Of a stretch of DNA of 64,000 nucleotides, positions 48,314-57,780 are shown in pieces. The DNA is taken from the NCBI GenBank assembly GCA_964480345.1, contig CAYZNW010000001.1:82137-146136 (forward strand), given 5' to 3'. The notes under the pieces are model-generated. The model was given only the letters and a program-made list of their open reading frames with translations, ran no database searches and was not told the origin of the DNA. The position numbers were made by a program, and so were the translations under genes. This DNA is from an uncultured Candidatus Saccharibacteria bacterium (lineage in GTDB: Bacteria > Patescibacteriota > Dojkabacteria > SC72). Position 1 is the first letter of the stretch, and each line of letters opens with the position of its first letter.

Positions 48314-49764
48314 TATTCACTTTCTGTTAATTGAGCTTCTTTACCCAAAAGAATAATTACTCCGTCAGAACCAAATTTTGTAGTCATACTTTCAGGTTTT
48401 GTTTTGTTTTCAGTATTTAGATATGTTGAGAACTCATTGACAGCAGCGTTAAATTCTTCACTTGTTGGGAATACGGTTATATCTTCATAGATACCTAGAT
48501 TAATATATGATTGGATAATATTAATGTAAGGATATGCTTTTTTCATCTCGTTGACTTTAGCAGTAACTTCTTTTACTCCTAATCCTGTGTTGTATACATA
48601 TACTGTGGCTTTCTCGGAGTATAGAGCTGGCTTCTCTATGATGTAATTAATATATTTATGAATATCATCATATTTGTTGAAACCAAGTACTGGTCCTATG
48701 GCAAATGCTCCGCTGTCCATAGGTTTGACTTCTACTAATTTGTAATTGCCAGAAGATGGATCTAATACAAAAGAGTACGGCTTTTTGTCCTCTGCTATGA
48801 GTTTCTTACCAATATTTATTCCTGCTTTAATATCATCTTGTGTGAATTCTGAGATTTTAATATTGTTGGAAAGTGAAGAGAATATTTCCATGAGTTTCTT
48901 TGGATTTGCTAATGTGTCATCGTGTAATATTTTCTCTTGCAGTGCTGTTATTACTTTCTGTTGTCTTCTAGCTCTAGCATAGTCTGTACCTTCATTGTTT
49001 TGTGAAGAGTGTCTGGATCTGGAATATTCTAAAGCTTTAGCTCCATCCATGATTTGTGGACCTGCTTTAAACGATACTGTCTTGTAACCTAATCCTCTTG
49101 GATACATGTAGTCAGTGAAGCTATTCTCTACATTGACTTCTATTCCGCCAACTGTATCTATTATCTCAGTAAATGCTTTGTAATCTACCATTGCATAATA
49201 CTGTACTTCTTTTCCAACAACTTCTTCTACTGAATTAACTAAGGACTCCAATCCACTTCCTGTTTTTGCTCCTTCGTAGTATGAATAGATATAGTTAATT
49301 CTTTGATGCCAGTTAGTTTTCTTATCTACTTGTACGTGGAAGTCTCTTGGTATTGATATCATAGTTGCTTCGCCTGTGGTGTAGTTGTATGAAAGAAATA
49401 TAATGGAGTCTGTATTTAGCAGATCACTGTTTTCTCTAGTATCGATTCCTACTAATACGGCATTAGTAAAATTACCAGATGTATCTTTTTTAAGCTCAGG
49501 TTCTTTAGCGGAGAAGATGGTATTGGTGTTTAATTTGAAGCCTAAATTGTTTGATATTTTGTAAAATTTGACAGCGTAGTAGGCTCCTATACCTAATAGG
49601 ACAAAAAGGATTAGCAGTAATAAAATCTTCCAAATCTTTCTCTTTTTCTTGCTCTGTTCCTTAATAGGCTCTTTTTTGAGTGTAGATTTGATATCTTTTG
49701 ATATCATAACTGGTTTTTTCTCTTTTGTTTTTTTTATATCTGCTTCTTTTAGTTCTATAACCAT
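48313..49764 (-). CDS. LytR-CpsA-Psr (LCP) family cell-wall polymer transferase
   Basis: A TM anchor, then NAVLVGIDTRENSDLLNTDSIIFLSYNYTTGEATMISIPRDFHVQV, the LCP core motif. Confidence 0.8.
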   Translation of the reverse strand: MVIELKEADIKKTKEKKPVMISKDIKSTLKKEPIKEQSKKKRKIWKILLLLILFVLLGIGAYYAVKFYKISNNLGFKLNTNTIFSAKEPELKKDTSGNFTNAVLVGIDTRENSDLLNTDSIIFLSYNYTTGEATMISIPRDFHVQVDKKTNWHQRINYIYSYYEGAKTGSGLESLVNSVEEVVGKEVQYYAMVDYKAFTEIIDTVGGIEVNVENSFTDYMYPRGLGYKTVSFKAGPQIMDGAKALEYSRSRHSSQNNEGTDYARARRQQKVITALQEKILHDDTLANPKKLMEIFSSLSNNIKISEFTQDDIKAGINIGKKLIAEDKKPYSFVLDPSSGNYKLVEVKPMDSGAFAIGPVLGFNKYDDIHKYINYIIEKPALYSEKATVYVYNTGLGVKEVTAKVNEMKKAYPYINIIQSYINLGIYEDITVFPTSEEFNAAVNEFSTYLNTENKTKPESMTTKFGSDGVIILLGKEAQLTESE

Positions 49765-49783
49765 GTGGGCAATTTATATAATT

Positions 49784-50791
49784 TTACCTAAGATATTGAT
49801 TAACATTGCTATTATGCTCTGCTAATGTTTTGGCATAGTGCGGTACTCCACTTTTGTCATGTATGTAGTAATAATACTCTGTCTTTTGTGGGTTTTTAAC
49901 AGCTTGAATCGATTCAAGACCTGGATTACATATAGGAGTAGGAGGTAATCCAATTACTTTGTATGTATTGTAAAGAGAATCCATTTTAAGATCTTGCTCT
50001 GTTAACACATGTTTCCAATCTTTTAGAGGATAGAGTAGTGTGGCGTCTGTTTGAAGAAGCCATCCCTCTTCGAGTCTTTTCTCAATTATCCCTGCAATTA
50101 TTGGTCTATCTTGGCTATTATATCCCTCTCTCTCGACTATACTTGCTAGTATAATATCTTGGTAGCTGTATTCAAAATTAACTTTTGTTGTGAAATTTGA
50201 AACCAACTTTCTAATAGCTATATCAGCAGTAGTATCAGAAGGCATTGCATATTTATCTGGGAATAAGAAACCTTCTAAGTTTGCAATTCCATCTGGCAGG
50301 TTTAATTTAGCGATATATGTTTGATCTGTAACAAAATTCATAAATTCATCGTATGAGAATTTAGAATTATTTATTTCTTTCTCTAAGATTTTTCCTATTT
50401 CATCAGCTCTAATTCCTTCTGGGATAGTTACCCAAATATCTTGATCTTTCCCATTTTGAAGAGTTGCAATTAATTCTTCTATGTTTAAATTCCTTGGTAT
50501 TGTATATGTTCCTGCTTGTATTTTTGACCCAAGATTATTTACTTTCAAATATGCTTTGACAAAAAGAAGATAGCTTTTGCGAAGAAGTCCTTCATTTATT
50601 AAATTTTCTAATACATTATCAGTACTTTCTCCCTGCTTTATTGTAAGGGTAACTTTCTCCAAACTATCAGAATTAGGCTCTTTTAAAGCTTTATTATATG
50701 CTCTTATTTGTAGAGCTCCTGCTAAAAGTACTAATAGAAAAACAATTATAATCAGCGTTACTCCTAATCTAGATTTACTCATGGTTTTCAT
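49784..50791 (-). CDS. mltG: Endolytic murein transglycosylase MltG (YceG-like)
   Basis: An N-terminal TM helix, a LysM-like region, and YceG motifs ASIVEREG and LQTDATLLYPL. Confidence 0.8.
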   Translation of the reverse strand: MKTMSKSRLGVTLIIIVFLLVLLAGALQIRAYNKALKEPNSDSLEKVTLTIKQGESTDNVLENLINEGLLRKSYLLFVKAYLKVNNLGSKIQAGTYTIPRNLNIEELIATLQNGKDQDIWVTIPEGIRADEIGKILEKEINNSKFSYDEFMNFVTDQTYIAKLNLPDGIANLEGFLFPDKYAMPSDTTADIAIRKLVSNFTTKVNFEYSYQDIILASIVEREGYNSQDRPIIAGIIEKRLEEGWLLQTDATLLYPLKDWKHVLTEQDLKMDSLYNTYKVIGLPPTPICNPGLESIQAVKNPQKTEYYYYIHDKSGVPHYAKTLAEHNSNVNQYLR

Positions 50792-51218
50792 TTTTTGAAT
50801 TTAAAAACTCTTGTAAGAATACAGTAGCTGCAATCTTATCTATTTTATTTTTTGTATTCTTAACTCTCTGACCAGAAAATCTTAACATATTTTGTCCTGA
50901 AAGAGTAGAAAAACTTTCGTCCTGTAATAGTATGGGAATATTTGTAATCTTTTCTAACTTCTCTACAAATTTCAGTATCTTTTTTTGTGTGATATTGTGT
51001 GTTTCTGTAAATGATTGAGGCATTCCTACCAGTATAGTTTTTGCGTTATATTCTTGACAGAGATTTACTATTTCTTTTATTACTTCTTCTACACCTCTAT
51101 TTTTTGTAATTGAGATTACTTCTAGAGGAGATGCTAATATCCCTTTGAAGTCGGAGATAGCTATGCCAAAATGTTTGTCTCCGTAATCTATTGCTAAAAT
51201 AGGGTACTGAATTTCCAT
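50775..51218 (-). CDS. ruvX: Putative pre-16S rRNA nuclease / Holliday junction resolvase-like YqgF (RuvX)
   Basis: ILAIDYGDKHFGIAISD... and a downstream acidic catalytic residue block. 147 aa. Confidence 0.8.
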   Translation of the reverse strand: MEIQYPILAIDYGDKHFGIAISDFKGILASPLEVISITKNRGVEEVIKEIVNLCQEYNAKTILVGMPQSFTETHNITQKKILKFVEKLEKITNIPILLQDESFSTLSGQNMLRFSGQRVKNTKNKIDKIAATVFLQEFLNSKNENHE

Positions 51219-51221
51219 ATA

Positions 51222-52994
51222 TTATTCTAATATTGCTTTAATTCTTTTTATCCCTGCTCCAACATTTTCCTGTTTAACTATTTTGAATTTTCCTAGCTGT
51301 CTTGTATTTGTAATATGAGGGCCGTTACATATTTCCATTGAGAAAGGATTTTCTACAGGTCCTATATAATATACTTTGACAATATCTCCATATTTTTCTG
51401 CAAATGCTGCAAATGGAACTAGTTTTAAAGCTTCTTCTTTAGGAGTTTCTTTAAATGTTACATCTAATTCTTTCTCTATCTGTTCATTTACTATGTCTTC
51501 TACCTCTTTGACTTGTTCTTCTGTTAATTTCTGCTCATTTGGGAAGTCTATTCTAAGTCTTTCTTGAGTAATATTGCTACCTTTCTGGTAAACATGTTCT
51601 CCAAGCACTTTTCTTAAAGCTGTAAGGAGTAGGTGAGATGTAGTGTGGTATTTTGTAGTCATTTCGGAAGTGTCTGCTAAGCCTCCTTTAAAGAGTCCTT
51701 TTGATGCTGTCCTAGATTTCTCTTGATGTTCTTTTTCTGCTTGAGAGAATAGTTCTGGATTTTTAATATTTTTTCCTTTCTCTTGTAATATTTCTTCGAT
51801 CAATTCATACGGTAATCCGTATGTCTCATAAAGAAGAAATGCATCTTTTCCATCTATATCATTATGTCTTGTTAATGTCTTTTCCAAGACTCTTAATCCT
51901 GATTCTAATGTTTTGTTAAAGTTTTTTTCTTCTTTTTCCAATATATTTAATATTTCCTCTTCCTCTGTTTTTAGGTTTGGCATAATATCTTGGAACTGTT
52001 CAATAGCTACTTCTCCTACTTCTCTTGTGAATTCTTTCTCTATACCTAGTGATTTTGCATGTCTGATTGCTCTTCGTATTAGTCTTCTTAAAATATATCC
52101 TTGCTGGGATCTTGCTGGGAGTACTCCATCCATTATTAGCCATGTTGCCGATTTGATGTGGTCAACAATTATTCTTTGAGATTTAAGGTTGTCTGTTTTA
52201 GATATCTCTTTGACTTTCTCTAATATTGGTCTGTAAATGTCTATTTCATATACTGAATCTTTGTTTTGTAATATTGCAGTAATTCTTTCTATTCCTCCTC
52301 CGAAGTCTACATTGTGTCTTCCTAATGGTTTTAATTTACCATCCTCTTTTAAATATTCCATGAAGACATTGTTACCAATTTCTACATATTTACCACAATC
52401 ACAGTTGAGATGGCATTTATCAGAACATTTCTCTTTACCTGTATCGTAAAATATCTCAGAATCTGGACCACATGGGCCTCCTGATTCTAATCCCCACCAA
52501 TTTTTCTCTTGTCCATATTTCTGTATTCTGTCTCCTATTTCTGCTTTGATGTTGTATTTTGCAAATATTTCTTTCCATGTGTTTATGGAGACAGTGTCTT
52601 CTGGAATATCTTCTTCACCTCCAAATACAGATGCGTATATTTTGTTTGGATCTAGCTTTAGTTCTTCTATAAGGAATTCTACTGTCATCTCTATAGCTTC
52701 TTTTTTGAAGTAATCATTGAGAGACCAGTTTCCTAGCATTTCAAATGCTGTACTGTGGAAAGAATCTCCAACTTCATCTATATCTCCTGTTCGTAAGCAT
52801 CTTTGTACATTTACTAATCTTGTTCCGTTAGGATGTTTTTCTCCTTTGAGAAATGGTACTAATGGGAACATCCCTGCGTTCACAAAAAGAACGGATGGGT
52901 CATCCTCAGGAACTAATGGAGCTCCCGGAATAATTGCGTGTCCGTTTCTTTCAAAAAATTTTAGATATCTTTCTCGTACTTCTTGATATTTCAT
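51222..52994 (-). CDS. alaS: Alanine--tRNA ligase, short form (no C-Ala domain)
   Basis: VLFVNAGMFPLVPFL...FEMLGNWSLNDYFKKEAI is the class II AlaRS catalytic core. The C-terminal SMEICNGPHITNT is the editing-domain Zn motif. 590 aa compared with about 870 typically. Confidence 0.85.
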   Translation of the reverse strand: MKYQEVRERYLKFFERNGHAIIPGAPLVPEDDPSVLFVNAGMFPLVPFLKGEKHPNGTRLVNVQRCLRTGDIDEVGDSFHSTAFEMLGNWSLNDYFKKEAIEMTVEFLIEELKLDPNKIYASVFGGEEDIPEDTVSINTWKEIFAKYNIKAEIGDRIQKYGQEKNWWGLESGGPCGPDSEIFYDTGKEKCSDKCHLNCDCGKYVEIGNNVFMEYLKEDGKLKPLGRHNVDFGGGIERITAILQNKDSVYEIDIYRPILEKVKEISKTDNLKSQRIIVDHIKSATWLIMDGVLPARSQQGYILRRLIRRAIRHAKSLGIEKEFTREVGEVAIEQFQDIMPNLKTEEEEILNILEKEEKNFNKTLESGLRVLEKTLTRHNDIDGKDAFLLYETYGLPYELIEEILQEKGKNIKNPELFSQAEKEHQEKSRTASKGLFKGGLADTSEMTTKYHTTSHLLLTALRKVLGEHVYQKGSNITQERLRIDFPNEQKLTEEQVKEVEDIVNEQIEKELDVTFKETPKEEALKLVPFAAFAEKYGDIVKVYYIGPVENPFSMEICNGPHITNTRQLGKFKIVKQENVGAGIKRIKAILE

Positions 52995-53035
52995 AATAGA
53001 GAGATTATACCATGTTATGACTGATGTAATAGGGC

Positions 53036-55480
53036 TTATTCCTCTGTTTTCTGTATTTGTTCGAAGATTTTTTGAAGATCAGATGCTTCTGGGGCTTCTG
53101 GCTCTGGAATTACAGTTGGTTCCAATGGTGGAGTTATACTTTGTTGAGGGGTTATTTCTAGCGTTTTCTCTTCTGAGCTGGTAGCTGTAATTTCAGGTTC
53201 TATCTCTTTCTTTTCTTCTTCTGGTATGGATATTTCATATTTTCTTAATGCTTCCTCTTGCTCTATTGGTGTGGTAGTTATTTCTTCTGGTTGTTTCTCT
53301 GGCTCTTCATGAACTGTTATGGAGATAGGGGGTTCTTGAGGAGTAGGTACAGGAGCTTCATATTTTATTTCCTCTACTTTAGGTTCTTCTTGTAATAGAG
53401 TAATCTCTTCTTCTTGTTTTGTTTCTTCTTTTGGAGTAGGGAATTCTGTTTTTTGCTCATGATTAATCTGAATAGATACAGGTGGTTCTACTTTTTTCTC
53501 TTCATTTATATTTACTTCTACTTTTGGTATTTGAATTTCTTTTTCAGGCTCTTGTAGAACTGGAAGAGCAATTTCAACTTCTTCTTTAACTGGAGTCTCT
53601 TCCTCTTGTTTGATTTCTATTTTAGTAGGCTCTTCTATCTCAATCTTTATATCTTGTTCTTTTCTCTCTTCTTCAGGTTCTGGCTTTGGAGCTACATAGT
53701 TATCCCATACATCTTTTTTCTCTTCCTCTTTTGTAATTACAATCTCTGGCTCTTTCTCAACCATACTCTTAACCTCTTCATTTACCTCTATATTTGTTCC
53801 ATACATCCCATTTCCAAATGGCAAGGAAGAGGGTAGGTGTCTATTTGAAACATATACACTCTCTTCTTTAACTTTACTATTTTCTTTCCATATGGAAGAA
53901 ATGAGAAATGGAGCAAGTATTGCAGCTGCTATTATTAATATCCCTACCACTATGATGATTAGCGTTCTCTTAGATATTTGGAGTCCAAAGACAGATACTG
54001 TACCTGTATCTTCATCATCTTGTGAAGAGATTGCAAATGTCCATGATTTAGTAGCACTTTTACTGGCACTGTCTTGGAAAGATATTTCAGCTTTATGCTC
54101 ACCTGCTTTAAAGTTCTCTTCTGGTTGATACAGTAATGTATATTCACTGTTACTTACCTTGTTAATCTTTACAGATTTTGTAACATCTTTGTCATCTATC
54201 TTGAAAAGGATAGATGATTCATTTATCTCGGATTTAATGCTAGCTATGATTGTAGCTTTTACAGTAACTCTCTTGTTAGTTATCTTATCTGTATTTGAAG
54301 GAGACATATTTGTAACTTGTGGCTCTCCTAAGAATATCTGGTCATCAGTTTCGCTATCTTGAGTACCTCCTCCTCTTGAAAGAACTATTTCAGGAGATAT
54401 TGCCATACCTGTATTTGCAGGCTTTTGGTTATCTGTAGCTCTAACTATTAAGTTATATGTTCCTGCAGGTATATTTGAGGTGTTTACATTGTAACTATTC
54501 ATATTGTATGGAATAGCGTTTTCTACAGTCAACCAGGTTGATTCATCTGTAGGATTTGGTGCCATGAATAGCTGGTACTTTATGATGTGATTGAGATCTG
54601 CTGCCTGCCAACTAGTTCTAAATGAAGTTCCTAGATCTAGCCTTAAACTTTCTGATGGCTGAATTATTTTTACAATTGGAATATCATTTGTCGCTGGACT
54701 TACACTAATTACCCAAGATTGTGATCTGACATGCTTACTATATCCATCATGTATCACTACATTTGCTAAGTAGCTTGCTGGTTTAGTTGTTGATCCTTTA
54801 AATATCAAAGTTAATTTTCCATTAGAACCATCTTCAACAACTGATTTTGTAAGCCAGTCAGCTTTTGGAGTAAATGAATATGAGTAGTTAATTCTATCTG
54901 TATCAACATCATTTGCTGTTAGTACATATTCATACTGTGTGCCTGTTTTGATATCTTGTGATGGTTTTGATTGAGATGGATCTGATTGAAACTCAGGAGA
55001 ACTATTATTTTGTACTGCTCTCAATCCTTTTATATCATAAGGGCTACTTATCTTACATCCAACACTGCCTCCTCCAACTTTTCTGACAACACCAAGCATA
55101 TCAATCATCCCTGACTTTGATGGGGTGAATTGGAATGATGTCCCTATATCAGTAGGAGCAGTATCGTAACTTTCTGTAAATATATTTGTACCTGAAGAAT
55201 CTGTAATGAGTAGTGATTCTATACCTGCATTACTTAATCTCGCATCTACAGTAACTCTAATTGTTTCTCCGACTTCCAATGAGTATGGATTTACATTCGG
55301 AACAGAAATGATACATGGATTTTGTTCACTAAGTTCTAATTCGTCAAAAGCTCTATTTCTTGTATCAAAAGAATTCTTTACTAATCCTAATACTATTAAT
55401 GGAAGAGAAAGAAGTAAGAAGAAAGTTACCTTTATTACAAAACTTTGATTAGATTTTTTCGGGGCGTATCTTCTTGGCAT
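53036..55480 (-). CDS. Large envelope protein: N-terminal anchor, multiple Ig-like/He_PIG domains, internal TM, E/P/K-rich repetitive tail
   Basis: TM helices near aa 20 and aa 515 (LIIIVVGILIIAAAILAPFLI). The ectodomain contains YEYVLTANDVDTDRINYSYSF (He_PIG-like). The last ~270 aa are PEPE/EEK/IEIK low-complexity repeats. Confidence 0.45.
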   Translation of the reverse strand: MPRRYAPKKSNQSFVIKVTFFLLLSLPLIVLGLVKNSFDTRNRAFDELELSEQNPCIISVPNVNPYSLEVGETIRVTVDARLSNAGIESLLITDSSGTNIFTESYDTAPTDIGTSFQFTPSKSGMIDMLGVVRKVGGGSVGCKISSPYDIKGLRAVQNNSSPEFQSDPSQSKPSQDIKTGTQYEYVLTANDVDTDRINYSYSFTPKADWLTKSVVEDGSNGKLTLIFKGSTTKPASYLANVVIHDGYSKHVRSQSWVISVSPATNDIPIVKIIQPSESLRLDLGTSFRTSWQAADLNHIIKYQLFMAPNPTDESTWLTVENAIPYNMNSYNVNTSNIPAGTYNLIVRATDNQKPANTGMAISPEIVLSRGGGTQDSETDDQIFLGEPQVTNMSPSNTDKITNKRVTVKATIIASIKSEINESSILFKIDDKDVTKSVKINKVSNSEYTLLYQPEENFKAGEHKAEISFQDSASKSATKSWTFAISSQDDEDTGTVSVFGLQISKRTLIIIVVGILIIAAAILAPFLISSIWKENSKVKEESVYVSNRHLPSSLPFGNGMYGTNIEVNEEVKSMVEKEPEIVITKEEEKKDVWDNYVAPKPEPEEERKEQDIKIEIEEPTKIEIKQEEETPVKEEVEIALPVLQEPEKEIQIPKVEVNINEEKKVEPPVSIQINHEQKTEFPTPKEETKQEEEITLLQEEPKVEEIKYEAPVPTPQEPPISITVHEEPEKQPEEITTTPIEQEEALRKYEISIPEEEKKEIEPEITATSSEEKTLEITPQQSITPPLEPTVIPEPEAPEASDLQKIFEQIQKTEE

Positions 55481-55497
55481 TAAATATATAATAACTG

Positions 55498-56874
55498 TTA
55501 TTTATTGGTTTCTGCAAGTTTTGAATTTATTGTGTTTTCAGCATTTCTCAAAGCAGACGAAATATCTCTATTGTTTTCTAGTATCGCTGTTATAGCTTCG
55601 TTGATTGTAGCCTTAACAAAACTCTCATCTCCCATTTGCCATGATTTCATATATGGGGCCATCTCAGCTATTGCAGAGACATACGGCTTACCTTTCATCT
55701 CACTATTTAAGTCTACTCTAGAGTAAGGTTCTCCGAAAGCCCTTACAGTTGATGAAGCTGAGTAAAGCTGTTTCTGTGTTTCTTGCTCAGATAGATACTT
55801 TACAAATTTCCAAGCCATTTCCTTGTTTGGACTAGTACTATTTACTGCGTCTCCCCAATATGTTGAGTAATAGATTTCAAAATCATTAGCTTTTAACTGT
55901 GGGAGAGGAGCCATATCAAACTCTATCTGTGGAGCTGCTTGGATAATGTCAAAGGCTCTCCAACTTGGAGCTATCATCATTGCTAATTTACCAGCAAAGA
56001 ACATCTCTAAATCACTTCGAAGTGTGGATGACCATACTGCCGTATCTCCTGAAGCGAAATCAGTATACTGTTTAAATACTTTCTGGCCTTTTTGTGTATT
56101 TAAAGTAACTTTTGTTTTTGTCGAATCAATTATATCGACCCCTTCTTGCAAAAGAAGAAAAGAGATTATTTCGCTAGCATGATTAATGTTTCTTGATGTC
56201 CCGAGTGCTACTCCTGATTGAGTTATTTTATTTGTAGAATCTTTAACTGTTAGCTTTGTTGCTAATTCAAAAAAACTGTCCCAATCTTTTGGTACTTCTT
56301 TAACATTTGCATTTTGAAATATCTCTTTGTTGTAAAATACTGCCAACCCATCTATCTCCCACGGTATTGCATATATTAAACCATCTTTACCTGTGAAATC
56401 TTCTAAAGCTGTTGGATAGAAAGTAGAGGCGTATTGGTCTCTTGTCATGACTGAAGAGGGCATGGCTGTGAGATACTGTTTGAATTTTGGTAACCATGTG
56501 TTGTGAATTCTAAAGATATCTGGAGCGGGCTCTGTAGAACTAGAAGCTTGTTGCAATCTTGTATATATTCTTGATTCATATGTGGAGAATCTTTGTTGTG
56601 AATATGTGATTTTAACTCCAGGGTTCGCAGTTTCAAAATCTTTAATAGTTTGGTCCATCACAGTACTTGGTTCCCAAAGTCCCCAGTAATTTAGGGTGAT
56701 TTGCCCATTGTTATTAGTAGTTGTGTTGGTATTTGTAGTTGATGTTTTCTTGTTTTTTGATGTTATTAGAGCCACTACTATTAATATCATCAACAGAAGT
56801 ACTAAGACACTTACTGCTATGATTAAAATCTTCTTCGTTTTTGGTTCAGCTAAAACTTTCTTTATATCCATCAT
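55498..56874 (-). CDS. ABC transporter solute-binding protein (family 1, sugar/MalE-like), TM-anchored orphan
   Basis: A TM anchor and Thr/Asn linker, then ITLNYWGLWEP...ITYSQQRFSTYE typical of SBP family 1. No permease or ATPase genes are adjacent. Confidence 0.7.
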   Translation of the reverse strand: MMDIKKVLAEPKTKKILIIAVSVLVLLLMILIVVALITSKNKKTSTTNTNTTTNNNGQITLNYWGLWEPSTVMDQTIKDFETANPGVKITYSQQRFSTYESRIYTRLQQASSSTEPAPDIFRIHNTWLPKFKQYLTAMPSSVMTRDQYASTFYPTALEDFTGKDGLIYAIPWEIDGLAVFYNKEIFQNANVKEVPKDWDSFFELATKLTVKDSTNKITQSGVALGTSRNINHASEIISFLLLQEGVDIIDSTKTKVTLNTQKGQKVFKQYTDFASGDTAVWSSTLRSDLEMFFAGKLAMMIAPSWRAFDIIQAAPQIEFDMAPLPQLKANDFEIYYSTYWGDAVNSTSPNKEMAWKFVKYLSEQETQKQLYSASSTVRAFGEPYSRVDLNSEMKGKPYVSAIAEMAPYMKSWQMGDESFVKATINEAITAILENNRDISSALRNAENTINSKLAETNK

Positions 56875-56888
56875 TAGAAATTTACAAA

Positions 56889-57683
56889 TTAAATTTTTCT
56901 TTCAGCAACAACTATTAACCTCTTCGTCCCTATACCTAAAGGCCAACAGGTCATTAGAGTTACAGTTTCTTTATTTAACCTAGGTTGTAATACTGAGAAA
57001 TCTTCTGGTGAGACTATCTTTTTATTTCGTACTACATATTCTAAGTTTTCATCATCTCTATTTATCATAATTTCTTGACCAATATCAATATTGTCTAGTC
57101 TTGAGAAGATAGTTTCGGGATAGTCTTTGTGCCTACTGAAGAAGGATTCTACTGCACTATGTCCATATATAAATGAGTTACCTCCATCTCCTGGTAGAGG
57201 AGTACCTTTGAAATGTGCGACTCCACCTTTTAAATATGCATTGTATACTTTCTCATCATCACTTTCTACATTTGATGAGATTTTAATATTTTTAATTCCA
57301 ATGCTAGCAATATTTATGAACATATCTTTTTTGTATGCTTGGTCAATTGTGATGTTGCTTGCGCTTTGAGCATTTGATGCTGTGTTTGTTGTAGAGGCTC
57401 CAAGTATTCCAAATTGTTTAGATAAATTAGCGAAGTAGCTTTGTCCTGGATCATAGAATGCAAACTCATTTTCAATGTATGTTTTGTATGTTTCTGGAAC
57501 TGGCTCTACCTTAATATCTACTCGTTTTTGAGCAATCACTCCATCTATATATGATTTAAGAAGAGGTAAAGCTTGGCTTGCGATAACTACTAATCCTAGT
57601 ATTGCAAGGACAAAAGAAAGGATTATCCTTGTCCTTTGTATTTTCTTTGTATTTTCAGTTTGTATATTCCAAGAGTTCTCCAT
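56889..57683 (-). CDS. Sortase-family transpeptidase
   Basis: An N-terminal TM anchor. Catalytic His in FIYGHSA, Cys in TLMTCWP and Arg in KRLIVVAER. Confidence 0.8.
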   Translation of the reverse strand: MENSWNIQTENTKKIQRTRIILSFVLAILGLVVIASQALPLLKSYIDGVIAQKRVDIKVEPVPETYKTYIENEFAFYDPGQSYFANLSKQFGILGASTTNTASNAQSASNITIDQAYKKDMFINIASIGIKNIKISSNVESDDEKVYNAYLKGGVAHFKGTPLPGDGGNSFIYGHSAVESFFSRHKDYPETIFSRLDNIDIGQEIMINRDDENLEYVVRNKKIVSPEDFSVLQPRLNKETVTLMTCWPLGIGTKRLIVVAERKI

Positions 57684-57741
57684 ACAACTTAGATAGTAGC
57701 AAATTTTGTTTGATTAGGGTAGAACTATTTTTGTAAAACCA

Positions 57742-57768
57742 GTAGCAATTGCGATGAAACTCTGCTAG
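57742..57768 (+). promoter_or_regulatory. CIRCE-like inverted repeat GTAGCAATT-N9-CTCTGCTAG upstream of dnaJ
   Basis: A 9-N9-9 inverted repeat 12 nt before the dnaJ ATG. The right half CTCTGCTAG matches the hrcA site right half (CTCTGCTAA) at 8/9. The left half matches the groES site left half at 8/9. Confidence 0.45.
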
Positions 57769-57780
57769 AATTTCCAAATT

